Shown here: in pieces, positions 1 to 11,199 of the stretch
How positions within the stretch are numbered: position 1 is the first letter of the stretch
Layout: each line of letters opens with the position of its first letter
Assembly: GCF_964213995.1 (NCBI RefSeq)
Contig: NC_135808.1
Coordinates: forward strand, 7,254,001-7,318,000
DNA: 64,000 nucleotides
Direction: 5' to 3'
From: Mustelus asterias
Lineage: Eukaryota
Position numbers and translations under genes: made by a program
Notes under the pieces: model-generated
Databases searched by the model: none
Told to the model about the DNA's origin: nothing
Seen by the model: only the letters and a program-made list of their open reading frames with translations

Positions 1-90
1 ATCTGCTTATTATCTCAGTGCTGGCCTTTGTGGTACTCGCTCTCATCCTAACTAAACTAATTTTTATTCTGCAATGCTGTGGACCACCAG
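1..90 (+). CDS. Gene A transmembrane exon (5' end outside window): LLIISVLAFVVLALILTKLIFILQCCGPP
   Basis: Frame starting at nt 3 is a long hydrophobic run followed by CC. It ends at a CAG|GTAATT donor (90|91) in phase 1, typical of IgSF TM exons. Confidence 0.75.
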
Positions 91-277
91 GTAATTATTC
101 TGAATTCAGCCTATTTTACAACAAGGCATGAATGACTATTTGTCTGAAGAATAGCATGGCTGATCTATGGCTTACATTGTTATACACTTACAATGTCTCT
201 GAAATAATCAGCATGATTAATAATTGCAGTAATACCAGTATTTCCATGAATGTTCTTATTTTCCAAAAGGAATTTTT

Positions 278-555
278 AAAGTTAAATGTTTATTTATTAG
301 TCACAAGTAAGTCTCACATTAACACTGCAATGAAGTTACTGCTAAATTCCCCTAGTCGTCACTGTCCGGCGCCTGTTAGGGTCAATGCACTTAACCAGCG
401 CGTTTTTCAGAATGTGGGAGTAAACCCAATCACCCAGAGGAAACCCGTACAGATATAGGGAGACTGTACACAGATAGCCACCCAAGCTGGGAATCGAACC
501 TGGGTCCCTGGCGCTGTGAAGCAGCAGTGCTAACCACTGTGCAACCATGCCGCCC
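278..555 (-). mobile_element. tRNA-derived SINE (HE1-related, AATAAATAAAC-tailed variant)
   Basis: Head GGTTGCACAGTGGTTAGCACTGCTGC...GGTTCGATTCC (A/B boxes); many copies in the window. Confidence 0.8.
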
Positions 556-655
556 ACTAGTTACGTTAAATTTAGAAAATTATTTATAACCTTGCATAAC
601 TTGAAGCTGCAAATATCATGGGTCGTGTCATAGGTATATATTAATTATATAGAAT

Positions 656-1700
656 AAACGGGAGAGTCAGGCCACTCGGCTCAACCAATCCATGCCGCTC
701 TTTATGGTCCATTCAAACCTCCTCCTAACTTTTTAAAATCTAAATGTATCGTTATAACCATTTATAACTTATTCCCTCATTTGCTTGTGTGCATTACCTT
801 ACGTGTGTCTATACGATTCGCATCAACCAGCCCCTGTGGTAACAAGTCCCACATTTTTACCAGCTTTTGGGTAATGAGGTTTCTTCTGAATTCCCTATCG
901 GATTTCTTTGCCACCATATTATATTGATGGCTTCTATTTATATACTTTCCCACAAGAGGAATCATTCTCTTCATATCCACTCCATCAAACTTTTCATAAT
1001 TTTTAAAGTCCTGTTTTCGTTATTAATTCGAACATTATTTTCCAAGAGAGGTGGGAAGGAGCCTCCCGATCTGTTCCTGATACCCATGAGGTTCTGGTAT
1101 CATTCTTGTATATCTTCGCCACATCCTCTCCAGTGTCTCTATATCATTTTCATAACATGCCCACCATAGCTATACTCTGCATTCTAAGTGCAATCTAACC
1201 AAGATTCAATGCAGGTTTAGCATAATTTCCCTACTTCCAATTTTCTCCCCCTAGAAATAACGGCTAGTATTTGACTTGCTTTGCTCATCTGTAGGCAATC
1301 TTTAGTGATTGATGTATTTGCACTGTGAAACCCTTCTGCTCCTGTACCCCACTTAGGCGTGCACCTTACAGGTAATAAATTACCTCCCTATTCTTCCTAC
1401 TAACATGTACCATTTTACCTTTAAATGTTGAAATGTATTTGCCAATTTACTTCCCTTTCTTCAATTTTATTAATATTCCTATGCAATTTGTTGGAGACCT
1501 CCTCAATATTAGCGATCTCCCAAAGTAGGGTCATTTAGAAATTGTGCGATTGATTCGAAAGCCAATTTGTTAATGTAAGCACCGAGCATCAGCGGTCTCA
1601 ACACTGATCCTTGTGAACTACAATTTTATTCATTCTGAATGACTGCTCTTTGATTCTACTCTCTGTTTTCTGGCTTGACGTCAGATAGCTTACCATTCTG
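656..1700 (-). mobile_element. Old CR1-type LINE 3' fragment
   Basis: ORF 777..980 resembles the CR1 ORF2 C-terminus (RRNLITQKLVKMW). Confidence 0.6.
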
Positions 1701-1850
1701 GCACCTATCCCCTAGCTACACATTTTCTGGTCTTGTTCATTAGTCCAGACAGCTTATCAATTCCTTTAGAAAATCCTGATAAATAACATCCATTCCATTG
1801 CCGTTCTTTGCTCTTTCTTTTACCTCCACAGAAAATCAAAGAGAAGACAA

Positions 1851-2335
1851 TAAGACCAAAAGACATAGGAGCAGAATTAGGCCACTCGGCCCATCGAATC
1901 TGCTCCGCCATTTATCATGGCTGATATTTTTCTCTTCCCCATTCTCCTGCCTTTATCCCATAACCCCTGATCCCCTTATTAATCAAGATCCTATGTATCT
2001 CTGTCTTCAAGACACTCAATGACGTGGTCTTCACAGTCTTCTGTGGCAAAGAGTTCCACAGATTCACCACTCTCTGGCTGAAGAAATTCCTCCTCATGTC
2101 TGTTTTAAAGGATCATCCCTTTAGCCTGAGGTTGTGCCCTCTGGTTCTATTTTTTTCTACTAGTGGAAACATCATCCCACGTCCGCTCTATCCAGGCCTC
2201 GCAATATCCTGTAAGTTTTAATAAGATCCCCCCTTATCCTTCTAAACTATAACGAGTAAAGACTCAGAGTCCTCAATTCGTCCTCATACGACAAGCTCTT
2301 CATTCCAGGGATCATTCTTGTGAACCTCCTCTGGA
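1851..2335 (-). mobile_element. CR1/HER1-type LINE 3' end
   Basis: ORF 1915..2097 RRNFFSQRVVNLWNSLP; simple-repeat tail at 1851. Confidence 0.85.
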
Positions 2336-4360
2336 GGTATAACTGACCAGGCAGGGCGTTCTCTTTCCAATCGACGCATGACGACGTTCCTCATATCGCA
2401 CTTGTTTTTATGATCCCTGCTTTGGTAAGGCATCCACGATTTTCCCTGCCGTTCATGTTAAGCAGACGGGTCTATGATTCTGGAATTTCGTCCCATTCGA
2501 GATGTTCATTAGATTCAATAATTCCCTTTTCATTTTAAATAAACGTATTCCATTTTGGACCTCACCATCCAATATCCTGTTTACGTGTTAAATCTCCCTG
2601 CAAAATATTGAAGTAACTAATTATTTTTGTCATCCCTCTATCGTCACCTGTGGTAATATACTGTCTATCCTTCGATTGTACTTTCCTTATCACAACCTTT
2701 ACCTTTTATTCATTAGCTTGTAAATATATTTTGTCAGATATTTATGTTACTTGATAACTTATGTCCGTATGTCTTTTTTGTCCTCCTAATTGTTTTAACA
2801 ATTTTCTCCTCATGACTTTGTGTTTTCTCCGATCATACGCTCCTCGGCTGTACATGTGATTCATGTATGCCTCTTCCCTCACCCTTTCCAAACATGTATA
2901 CCCGTGGAGCTCTGGCATAATATGCCGACCATAACTACACACCATTCGCAGTGCAGTATAACCAGGGTTCAATACAAATAACGCCTTGTACTTGTCTTTT
3001 CTCATTGAAAGAGTCCCATTGATGTTCAGTGTTACCTTTTCTTGTTCCAAAATATCTTTTTTCCTGCTTCTCCATGCCACTATGGTCGCTTGGTAATAAA
3101 GAACTTGAGTGTTGCTAAAAACAAATATGCTGTCGAAGCTTTTTATCTTGCACTCACCACATCAGATTGGCAAGTGTCAAATCGCAAAGGGAACAATATT
3201 TTCTACACTCAGTCTCTCAACGTCAACGATTTTACCCAGTCAACTAACTTGGTTGTTATAACTTTATGTCCTTCTTCATCATTATCTTAAAGCTTATTAT
3301 ATCATTGTAACTATTGCCTAGTTATTCCTCATTTTGATCCTATTAGCTGCTCTGGCTCGTTCCCCATCACTGTTGGTATGTTTTGGTATTTTTACATATA
3401 GGGTTGGAATGATGTCCTGGTTACACTGTCGGAACCTCATTTCCTCATGCCTTTAGCTACCTCTTCCGTCCAATTGATATGAGCTTATTTCATTATTGTT
3501 ATTATTTATTCTTCCTCACTCAATTTCTAAATGTTTCTGCATATTTCTGCTCCCATTGTTTATCGCTATTAGATGAGGCGTAGACTAGACCTATTAGTAT
3601 GACTGATTCATTATTGTCATTCATTTCTCAATTGAATGCTAAAACGTATGTTAAATGTAATAGCATTTCAGTGCATTCAGTACTAATATCTGCCACCGGG
3701 TGCTCAACAGCATGAGAGAGATAGAGTTTCAATTTCCGACACACTATTTTCTCAATAAGGGCCCAACATTGCTTGCAAACACAACATGTGGGCATTGTGT
3801 GTGCATATGTGTCTGTACGGAGAACGGGTTCCTGCGAAGCTTTAAGAGCAGCGAGGGTCTCTCAATGTTTAATCCTGATGACCAACAAGGGCGAATAAAA
3901 TAAAGTTGACGCTATTGTCAATGTAATTCAGGCAAAAAGTAATAACGAAACACACGTGAACATGTTCGGTGTTGCTTGCAATTACTAATTTGAAAAATAT
4001 AGATTTTAAGTAGGAAGAGGAACGGGGTGGAGTAGAGAGGGAACAAGGAACGACAGGAGAGTAGAGAGTACAAGACCGTCCGAACTGCAAGAATGAAAAA
4101 TCGTCACTGCGGCACTACGTTGCATTAGATGTTATTTTTAGAATTCATAAAATTACAGCGTCGTGATCGAAGTTGCAAAATATAAAAAAACTTATGTTGT
4201 TCAGCATAGAAAACCTCATTATTTTAAATTCAAGTAATTTGCTCCAGAGGCCATTTTACTCTTAAATGATCCAATTTTTTGAAATCACATTACAAGATTA
4301 ATAACAGTAAGTTAAGAACAATATGATTTGTAAAGTTAGAAATTAAAATGACCCGGCGAT

Positions 4361-4662
4361 TTGGCACAGTGGTGAGCATTGCTACCTCACAGCGCCAGGG
4401 AACCAGGTTCGGTTCCCGGCTTGGATCACTGTCTGTGCGGTTTGTACATTCTCCTTGTGTCTGTGTGGGTTTCCTCCGGGTGTTCCGGTTTGCTCCCACA
4501 GTCCAAAAATGTGCGGGTTAGTTTGATTGGCCATGCCAAATTAGTATCAGAGGGATTAGCAGGGTAAATGCGTGGGGCAACGGGAATGGGGCGGGTGAGA
4601 TTGTGGTCGGTGCAGACTCGATGGGCCGAATGGTCTCCTTCTGCACTCTAGGGATTCTATGA
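4361..4662 (+). mobile_element. HE1-type SINE
   Basis: tRNA-like head, GGCCATGC-AAATT core, GATTCTATGA tail. Confidence 0.85.
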
Positions 4663-4799
4663 TAATGCAGAAATATATTTCGGTCTGAAATGAGAAATAT
4701 ATTTCGGTCTGAATCTTTAATTTACTATTGACTGTCATATTCGGATTGCGAGTTATGCTCCAGTTTTAAAATCTCTAATCCATTTAACACATTTTATAG

Positions 4800-4831
4800 G
4801 TAAAAGAAATGGAGCCCACACAGTAAAAGAG
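4800..4831 (+). CDS. Gene A cytoplasmic micro-exon, 32 nt, (G)KRNGAHTVKE
   Basis: Acceptor ttttatag| at 4799 and donor GAG|GTATGT at 4831|4832. Phase 1 in and phase 0 out links the TM exon (phase 1) to the phase-0 ITIM exon at 8286. Confidence 0.65.
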
Positions 4832-5162
4832 GTATGTACCATATTTTAATTAAGACTCTTGATTTGCACGATGATAGATCGCCATTACTCTGAAGCTAGA
4901 TTAAGTAATACAATTCTCGATACGGGGAACATGATAGTATAAATGATTAGAATGGAGCGAGACAAATAACATCCAAGGTTCGTGTTTCTTCGCGCTCTGG
5001 CTTTGGTTACGGCATGTAGATTGCAATCGGTAAGGAACATTGAGAGAGATGTGCAACTTATCGTCCAGCCGCATAGCTGGCGAAATTAGTCCACCGTCTG
5101 TTATCAAATGGGTGTGCTAACCCAGTGCTTTCTGCAGGGGGGCGGAGGTAAGAGTGCGATAT

Positions 5163-5595
5163 GGGGAGGCGATGGCCTCCTGGGGTTATCGCTAGACTAT
5201 CCATCCATGAAACTCAACTAATGTTCTGGGGATGATGCTTCGAATCCCGCCACGACAAATCCTGGAATTTCAAACTAGTTTTCAAAAAATCTGGAATTAA
5301 GAACATACTGATGACCATGAAACCATTGTCGATTGCCCATGTGGTTCACTAATGTCCTTCCGGGAAGGAAATCCTTACCTGGTCTGGCCTACATGTGAAT
5401 GTGAAAAATTGAATGTGAAAAATTGAAATGTGAAAAATTACCCCAGTCCAACGCCGGCATCTCCACATCATGACTACATGTGACTCCAGAGCCACAGCAA
5501 TGTGGTTGACTCTCAACTGCCCTCGGGCAACTAGGGATGGAAAATAAATGCTGGCCAGCCAGCGACGCCCATGTCCCACGAATGAATAAAAAAAA
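5163..5595 (+). mobile_element. Second SINE family (AATGAATAAAAA tail) carrying a 75-bp nested insertion
   Basis: Related copies at about 28707-29020 (-) and 62110-62440 (+). Confidence 0.7.
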
Positions 5596-5984
5596 TATGT
5601 AACATCCGGCCTGGTTGTGAATGAACATCTTATCCGATATCACTGAAAAATAGATGACGTCCTTATTCACTGGTCATTATCCCATAAGAATGCAAACGTT
5701 TAAATTCCTAATGCAAATCAATCATCAACTTGACTACTACCTCTCGTGGCTTCCCTTACACACAGAGCCATGAATAACACCAGGTCATGTTTATCAATTC
5801 TGTCTCCAAGATTTGCCCAGCCTCTCTGTTCTCACCTTATCTCTTAATCGAGATACTTTCTTCCTTTTTCACATTCAGCGAATGGCCAGCAAAGTAATTT
5901 TGATGATAATTTGTTCTTTTTTTGCATTGGGAACGTTAATGCGAAATAGACCTTGATTTCAGTGACCCCACATGCTATTTAAAT

Positions 5985-6290
5985 CATAGAATCTACAGTG
6001 CAGAAGGAAGCCATTTGGCCCCTCGAATCTGCACCGACCACAATCCCACCCAGACTATATCCCCATAACCCCATGCATTTGCCCTAACAAATTGTCCCCC
6101 CCCTCCTAAGGGGCAATTTGGCATGGCTAATCCACCTAACCCGCACATCCTTGGAGTGTGGGAGGAAACCGCAGCAAACGCTTGCACACACGGGGAGAAA
6201 GTGCAAACTCCACACGGACAGTGACCCAAGTGGGAATCGAACGCAGATCCCTGGCGCTGTGAGGCATCCGTGCTAACCACTGTGCCACCA
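5985..6290 (-). mobile_element. HE1-type SINE directly abutting the 5S pseudogene
   Basis: Head GGTGGCACAGTGGTTAGCAC starts immediately after the 5S terminal T-run. Confidence 0.85.
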
Positions 6291-6291
6291 A

Positions 6292-6411
6292 AAGCCCACT
6301 GCACCTGGTTTTCCCAGAAAATCTCCCATCCAAGCACTAACTAGGCCTGAGTCTGCTTAGCTTCCGAGATCAGACTAGATTGGGCATTTTCAGTAGCGTA
6401 TGGCTGCAGGC
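6292..6411 (-). pseudogene. Full-length 5S rRNA pseudogene
   Basis: Reverse complement reads GCCTGCAGCCATAC...CTGATCTCGGAAGCTAAGCAG..GGCCTAGTTAGTGCTTGGATGGGAGA...GTGGGCTTTT, a 120-nt 5S copy with scattered substitutions. Confidence 0.9.
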
Positions 6412-6879
6412 TGCATATGTAGACTGCATTCTCTGCGAATCGTCTCCAGCAAGGCATTTCAGCTCCAGCTGTTACTTGTGCCGTGTAGTACAGGGCTGCG
6501 TTGACACTCGCAAAGTTGAGACTCAGTTGGGTCTTTCGGCTCAGCGCTGTGGGCTTAAACTAAACTTCAGTCTCGAAGGTGACAGAGTGCTGACCTAATG
6601 GAACTACAAAATCTTTCGTGCAACCGATTACGAATTCAAATTGAGATTTTCTGTCCTGAACGTAATCGACAGCGCCGAATTGGGGAAACATACTGATCAG
6701 TTTACCAGCTAACTGTGTCCAATTGCCACGATGAACGCCAACTGGTCACTGGAAAACGAAACTCATAATGATTGTATGGCGAAATGTCGCGAAAGATTGC
6801 TTTAAATGTGCTTTTTTTCGGCAATAGCCAGGAAGAGAATCTCCTTTTTATAATATCACTAACTTTTGCATAACCCTAT

Positions 6880-7335
6880 TCATAGAATTGTTACAGTGCA
6901 GAAAGAGGCCCATTCGGCCCATCAGGTCTGCACCAACCCTCCGACAGGACATCTTATTCAGGACGCCCCTCCCCATCCAATCTCTGTAACTCCATTTACT
7001 TACCCCCACGAATCCCCCGAACCTACACACCTTTAGACACAAAGAGGCAATTTAACGTGGCCATCCACGTAACCTGAAGATCTTTGGACAGTAAGGGGCA
7101 ATTTAGCATGGCCAATCCATCTGACCTGCACATCTTTGGACACTAAGGGGCAATTTAGCAGGGCAACTCCAACTAACCAGCATATCTTTGGACTGTGGGA
7201 GGAAACTGGAGCACTGGAGGAAACCCACGAAGACACGGGGAGAACGTGCACACCCCACACAGTCACCCAAGGCTGGAACCGAACCCGGGTCCCTGGTGCT
7301 GTGAGTCAACAGTGCAATCCACTGCAAATATGCTG
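6880..7335 (-). mobile_element. HE1-type SINE with internally triplicated core
   Basis: Three copies of the GGCAATTTA(G/A)C..GGC core unit. Confidence 0.75.
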
Positions 7336-7802
7336 CTGTGAATGAAGCTATGGAAATTATTTTCAGTATATCATGGAACACTGAACACGGCTCACTTGTT
7401 TTAATTTGTTTAGGGGATGTGGGCGTCGCTGTTCGGCCAACATTTATTGCCCATCCCTAACTGCCCTTCAGAAGGTGCTGGTGAGCTGCTCTTTTGAACC
7501 TCGGAAGTCCCTGAGGTGTAGGCACATCCAGAGTGCTGTTAGGGATGGAACCAAATCCGAAATAAATATCAGAATATGCTCACAATGGGTATTTGCACAA
7601 ACCGTCGGGGTTTGAAGCAACATTGGTTTCTCTGCATTGTACTTGCGTTGTGAGAAAGAGACCTTTCAGTCGAAACCAATACCAGTGGCTCAGTAAAATT
7701 AAACATGAGTGATACTGCAATATCGTTTGTATCCTTCACAACCTGGGTGATCAGATCGCCCTTCTTATGAAATTTTGGAAGAAATTATCTGCTTAATTCA
7801 TC

Positions 7803-8274
7803 AGGATGTTGCCTGGTCTCGAGGGTGTTGGAAATGAGAAACGGTTGGATAAACATGGATTATTTTCACTGGAAAGACGGAGGCTGAGGGGAGACCTGAT
7901 AGAGGTCTACAGAATTATGAGCGGTGCAGGCAGGGTGGATAGTCAGAGGCTTTTTCCAAGGGTGGAAGCGTCAATTACAAGGGGGCACAGATTCAGGGGG
8001 AGAGGGGGAAAGTTTTAGGGAGATGTGCAGGGGAGGTTTTCCCGCAGATACTGATGGGTGTCTGGAACGCGCTGCCAGATGAGGTGGTGGAAGCAGGCAC
8101 ATTAGTAACATTTAAGAGGCATCGGGATGGGTACAGGAATAGGGAGGGAATAGAGGGGGACGGACCGAGTAAAGGCAGAAGGGTTCTTCTTCTTTTAGTT
8201 CAGGCATCATGATCGGCGCGGGTTTGAAGGGCCAAAGGGCCTGTTCCTGTGCTGTTCTTTTCATTGTTCTTTGT
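7803..8274 (+). mobile_element. CR1 LINE 3' end
   Basis: ORF 7806..8018 [18 protein letters not shown]; TGTTCT tail. Confidence 0.85.
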
Positions 8275-8285
8275 GCTAATTTAAG

Positions 8286-8570
8286 GAGGAAGACACGTCG
8301 GAAACTCTCGTCTATGCAAAACTGAACATCAGCTGCCCGCCTACTGATAGGACTGTGTATGAGAGGGCGAGGGCGCCGGTTCAGAGTAAAAAGCCAAGAG
8401 AGACTCGGGCGGCGCCACTCCCAGACAGCAGTGGAGAATCTGTTGTGTACGCGTCATTGCGGAAGCCCGGTTACAAGAAGGAATCAATTCGGGTGGAGCC
8501 CGTGCAGACCCGACGAAGGAATGAAGAGCAAACCGTGTACGGGATAGTGAGAGTAGAACATAGAACATAG
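8286..8570 (+). CDS. Gene A last coding exon: inhibitory cytoplasmic tail EEDTSETLVYAKL...TVYERA...SVVYASL...TVYGIVRVEHRT*
   Basis: Acceptor ttctttgtgctaatttaag| at 8285. Open 94-aa frame (extends ORF 8355..8570 upstream) that is GC-rich and non-repetitive. Contains ITIMs LVYAKL and VVYASL and ITSM TVYGIV. Confidence 0.8.
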   Translation, partial: EEDTSETLVYAKLNISCPPTDRTVYERARAPVQSKKPRETRAAPLPDSSGESVVYASLRKPGYKKESIRVEPVQTRRRNEEQTVYGIVRVEHRT

Positions 8571-9832
8571 AACAGTACAGCACAGAACAGGCCCTTCGGC
8601 CCACGATGTTGTGCCGAGCTATATCTGAAAACAAGTTCAAGCTATCCCACTCCCTATCATCCTGGTGCGCTCCATGTGCCTATCCAATAACCGCTTAAAT
8701 GTTCCTAAAGTGTCTGACTCCACTATCACTGCAGGCAATCCATTCCACACTCCAACCACTCTCTGCGTAAAGAACCTACCTCTGATATCCTTCCTATATC
8801 TCCCACCACGAACCCTATAGTTATGCCCCCTTGTAATAACTCCACCCACCCGAGGAAATAGTCTTTGAACGTTCACTCTATCTATCCTCTTCATCATTTT
8901 ATAAACCTCTATTAAGTCTCCCCTCAGCCCGCTCCAGAGAGAACAGCCCTAGCTCCCTCAACCTTTCCTCATAAGACCTACCCTCCAAAGCAGGCAGCAT
9001 CCTGGTAAATCTCCTCTGCACTCTTTCCAGCGCTTCCACATCCTTCTTATAGTGATGTGACCAGAACTGCACACAATATTCCAAATGTGGTCTCACCAAG
9101 GTCCTGTACAATTGCAGCATAACCCCACGGCTCTTAAACTCCAACCCCCCTGTTAATAAAAGCTAACACACTATAGGCCTTCTTCACAGCTCTATCCACT
9201 TGAGTGGCAACCTTTAGAGATCTGTGGATATGGACCCCAAGATCTCTCTGTTCCTCCACAGTTTTCAGAACCCTACCTTTGACCCTGTAATCCACATTTA
9301 AATTAGTCCTACCAAAATGAATCACCTCACATTTATCAGGGTTAAACTCCATTTGCCATTTTTCAGCCCAGCTTTGCAGCCTACAACAGCCCTCCACCTC
9401 ATCCACTACTCCACCAATCTTGGTGTCATCAGCAAATTTACTGATCCACCCTTCAGCCCCTTCCTCTAAGTCATTAATAAAAATCACAAAGAGCAGAGGA
9501 CCAAGCACTGATCCCTGTGGCACTCCGCGAGCAACCTGCCTCCAATCCGAAAATTTTCCATCCACCACCACCCTCTGTCTTCGATCAGATAGCCAGTTAC
9601 CTATCCAATCGGCCAACTTTCCCTCTATCCCACACCTCCTCACTTTCAGCATAAGCCGACCATGGGGGACCTTATCAAACGCCTTACTAAAATCCATGTA
9701 TATGACATCAACTGCCCTACATTCATCAACACACTTAGTTACCTCCTCAAAAAATGCAATCAAATTTGTGAGGCACGACTTGCCCTTCACGAATCCGTGC
9801 TGACTATCCCGGATTAATCCACATCTTTCTAA
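8555..9832 (-). mobile_element. CR1 LINE, 5'-truncated, RT domain with frameshifts
   Basis: ORFs 9134..9844 (QHGF, DFSKAFDKV, GVPQGSVLGP, FADD), 8899..9144 and 8637..8897. (TAGAACA)n tail; AGAGT TSD. Confidence 0.92.
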
Positions 9833-10010
9833 AGAGTGTAGCATTTGTTTTAACCTGTCCTTTCCTCAATGGAAAGAATTCTGTCAATTTTAACCAGGCA
9901 GATATTGCATTTAACAGAAGGTAATTTGATGCTCAATATCCATTGGAAAGAGGAATAAATACCCCATTGGCTTATATTTTACTGACATTGTTACTCTTGC
10001 TTTACACAAT

Positions 10011-10572
10011 CCTCCCCGTGTCTGCGTGGGTTCCTCCGGGTGCTCCGGCTTCCCCCCCACACTCCAAAGATGTGCGGGTTCGGTGGGTTGGCTATGCTAA
10101 ATTACCACTGAGTGTTAGGGGGATTCGCAGGCTAAATGTGTGGGTTCTGGGAATGGGGCCTGGGTGCGAGTGTTGTCGGTGCAGGCTCGATGTGCCGAGA
10201 GGCCTCTTTCTATACTTTAGGATTCGATGCACAATCCTGATGACCGATTGGTTAAAATTTCAACAGAGTGATCATTCTTCTAATTAAACATAGAATCATA
10301 GAAAACTACAGTGCAAAAGGAGGCCATTCGGCCCAACGAGTCTGCACCGACCACAATCCCAAACAGGCCCTATCCCCATGGCATTTACCCGAGCTAATCC
10401 CTTGACATAAAGGGGCAATTCAGCATGACGAATCCACCTAATCCGCACCTCTTTGGCCTGTGGGGGGAAACACACACGGACACGGGGAGAACGTGCAAAC
10501 TCCACACAGTCACCCAAAGCCGGAGCTGAACCCGGGTCCTGGCGCTGTGAGGCAGCAGTGTTTACCACAGTG
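10011..10572. mobile_element. Two tail-to-tail HE1-type SINEs
   Basis: About 10011-10225 (+, headless) and 10289-10572 (-). Confidence 0.75.
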
Positions 10573-11141
10573 CGCCTGCATATGATTGGTGGAAAAATAC
10601 ATTTTTAAAATTAACCAAGGATTGAAATGAGGTCTAAAAAATTAATGTCCGACAATCTCTTCTCACCCACGATTTGTCCTATATTAGATCTATCAATAAT
10701 ATTGCGACTGGTCTTGATCCTCAATTCCAGTTTTCCACCGATATCTCTGCCTCATTATTTCCCACCTCGAGTGAAGGTCTATCGACTTTCGTCTTGAATG
10801 TCCTCATTGCCTGAGCTTCCACAGTGTTCTGAGGTATGAAACTCGAAATATACACCACCTCTTGGATGAAGAAATTCCTCCTCATCAATTGGTAAATCTT
10901 GGCCCCCTTATCCTGAATCGGTTCCAATAGTTTGTGTCTCTGCAGAGGAAGCGACCTCTCAACAGGTAGATGGCCCAACCTTTTCAGAATCTTACCATTC
11001 CACTGAGATTACCTCTTATTCTTCCAAACTCCACGGATTACAGAACAGATCGACACAATTTCTCACATTGGGGCACTACACTTATCACAGGAATCTATGT
11101 AGGGATAATGCGTTTCGATGCGAATTTTTTCCAGTTTACAG

Positions 11142-11199
11142 GAGAAAACTGAAATGGTGCACAATGTTATGAGCTTGGTTCTTCTATTTCCGACGCTAG
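11142..11199 (+). pseudogene. Orphan leader-like exon MVHNVMSLVLLFPTL
   Basis: Acceptor tttacag|, 12-nt UTR, ATG at 11154, 15 codons, phase-1 G|GTGTGG. Same layout as the B and C leaders, but no intact V exon follows before gene B. Confidence 0.4.

Noticed and set aside
4669-4712. Short direct repeats (24-bp x2 here; 38-bp x2 near 45912-45990) as a CRISPR-like array
   Set aside because: Only two adjacent units with no spacers, in vertebrate DNA; simple tandem duplications.
9898-9920. Possible micro-exon cag|...AAG|GTAATT
   Set aside because: Lies in the inferred original 3' UTR of gene A, just before AATAAA at 9954; no frame support.
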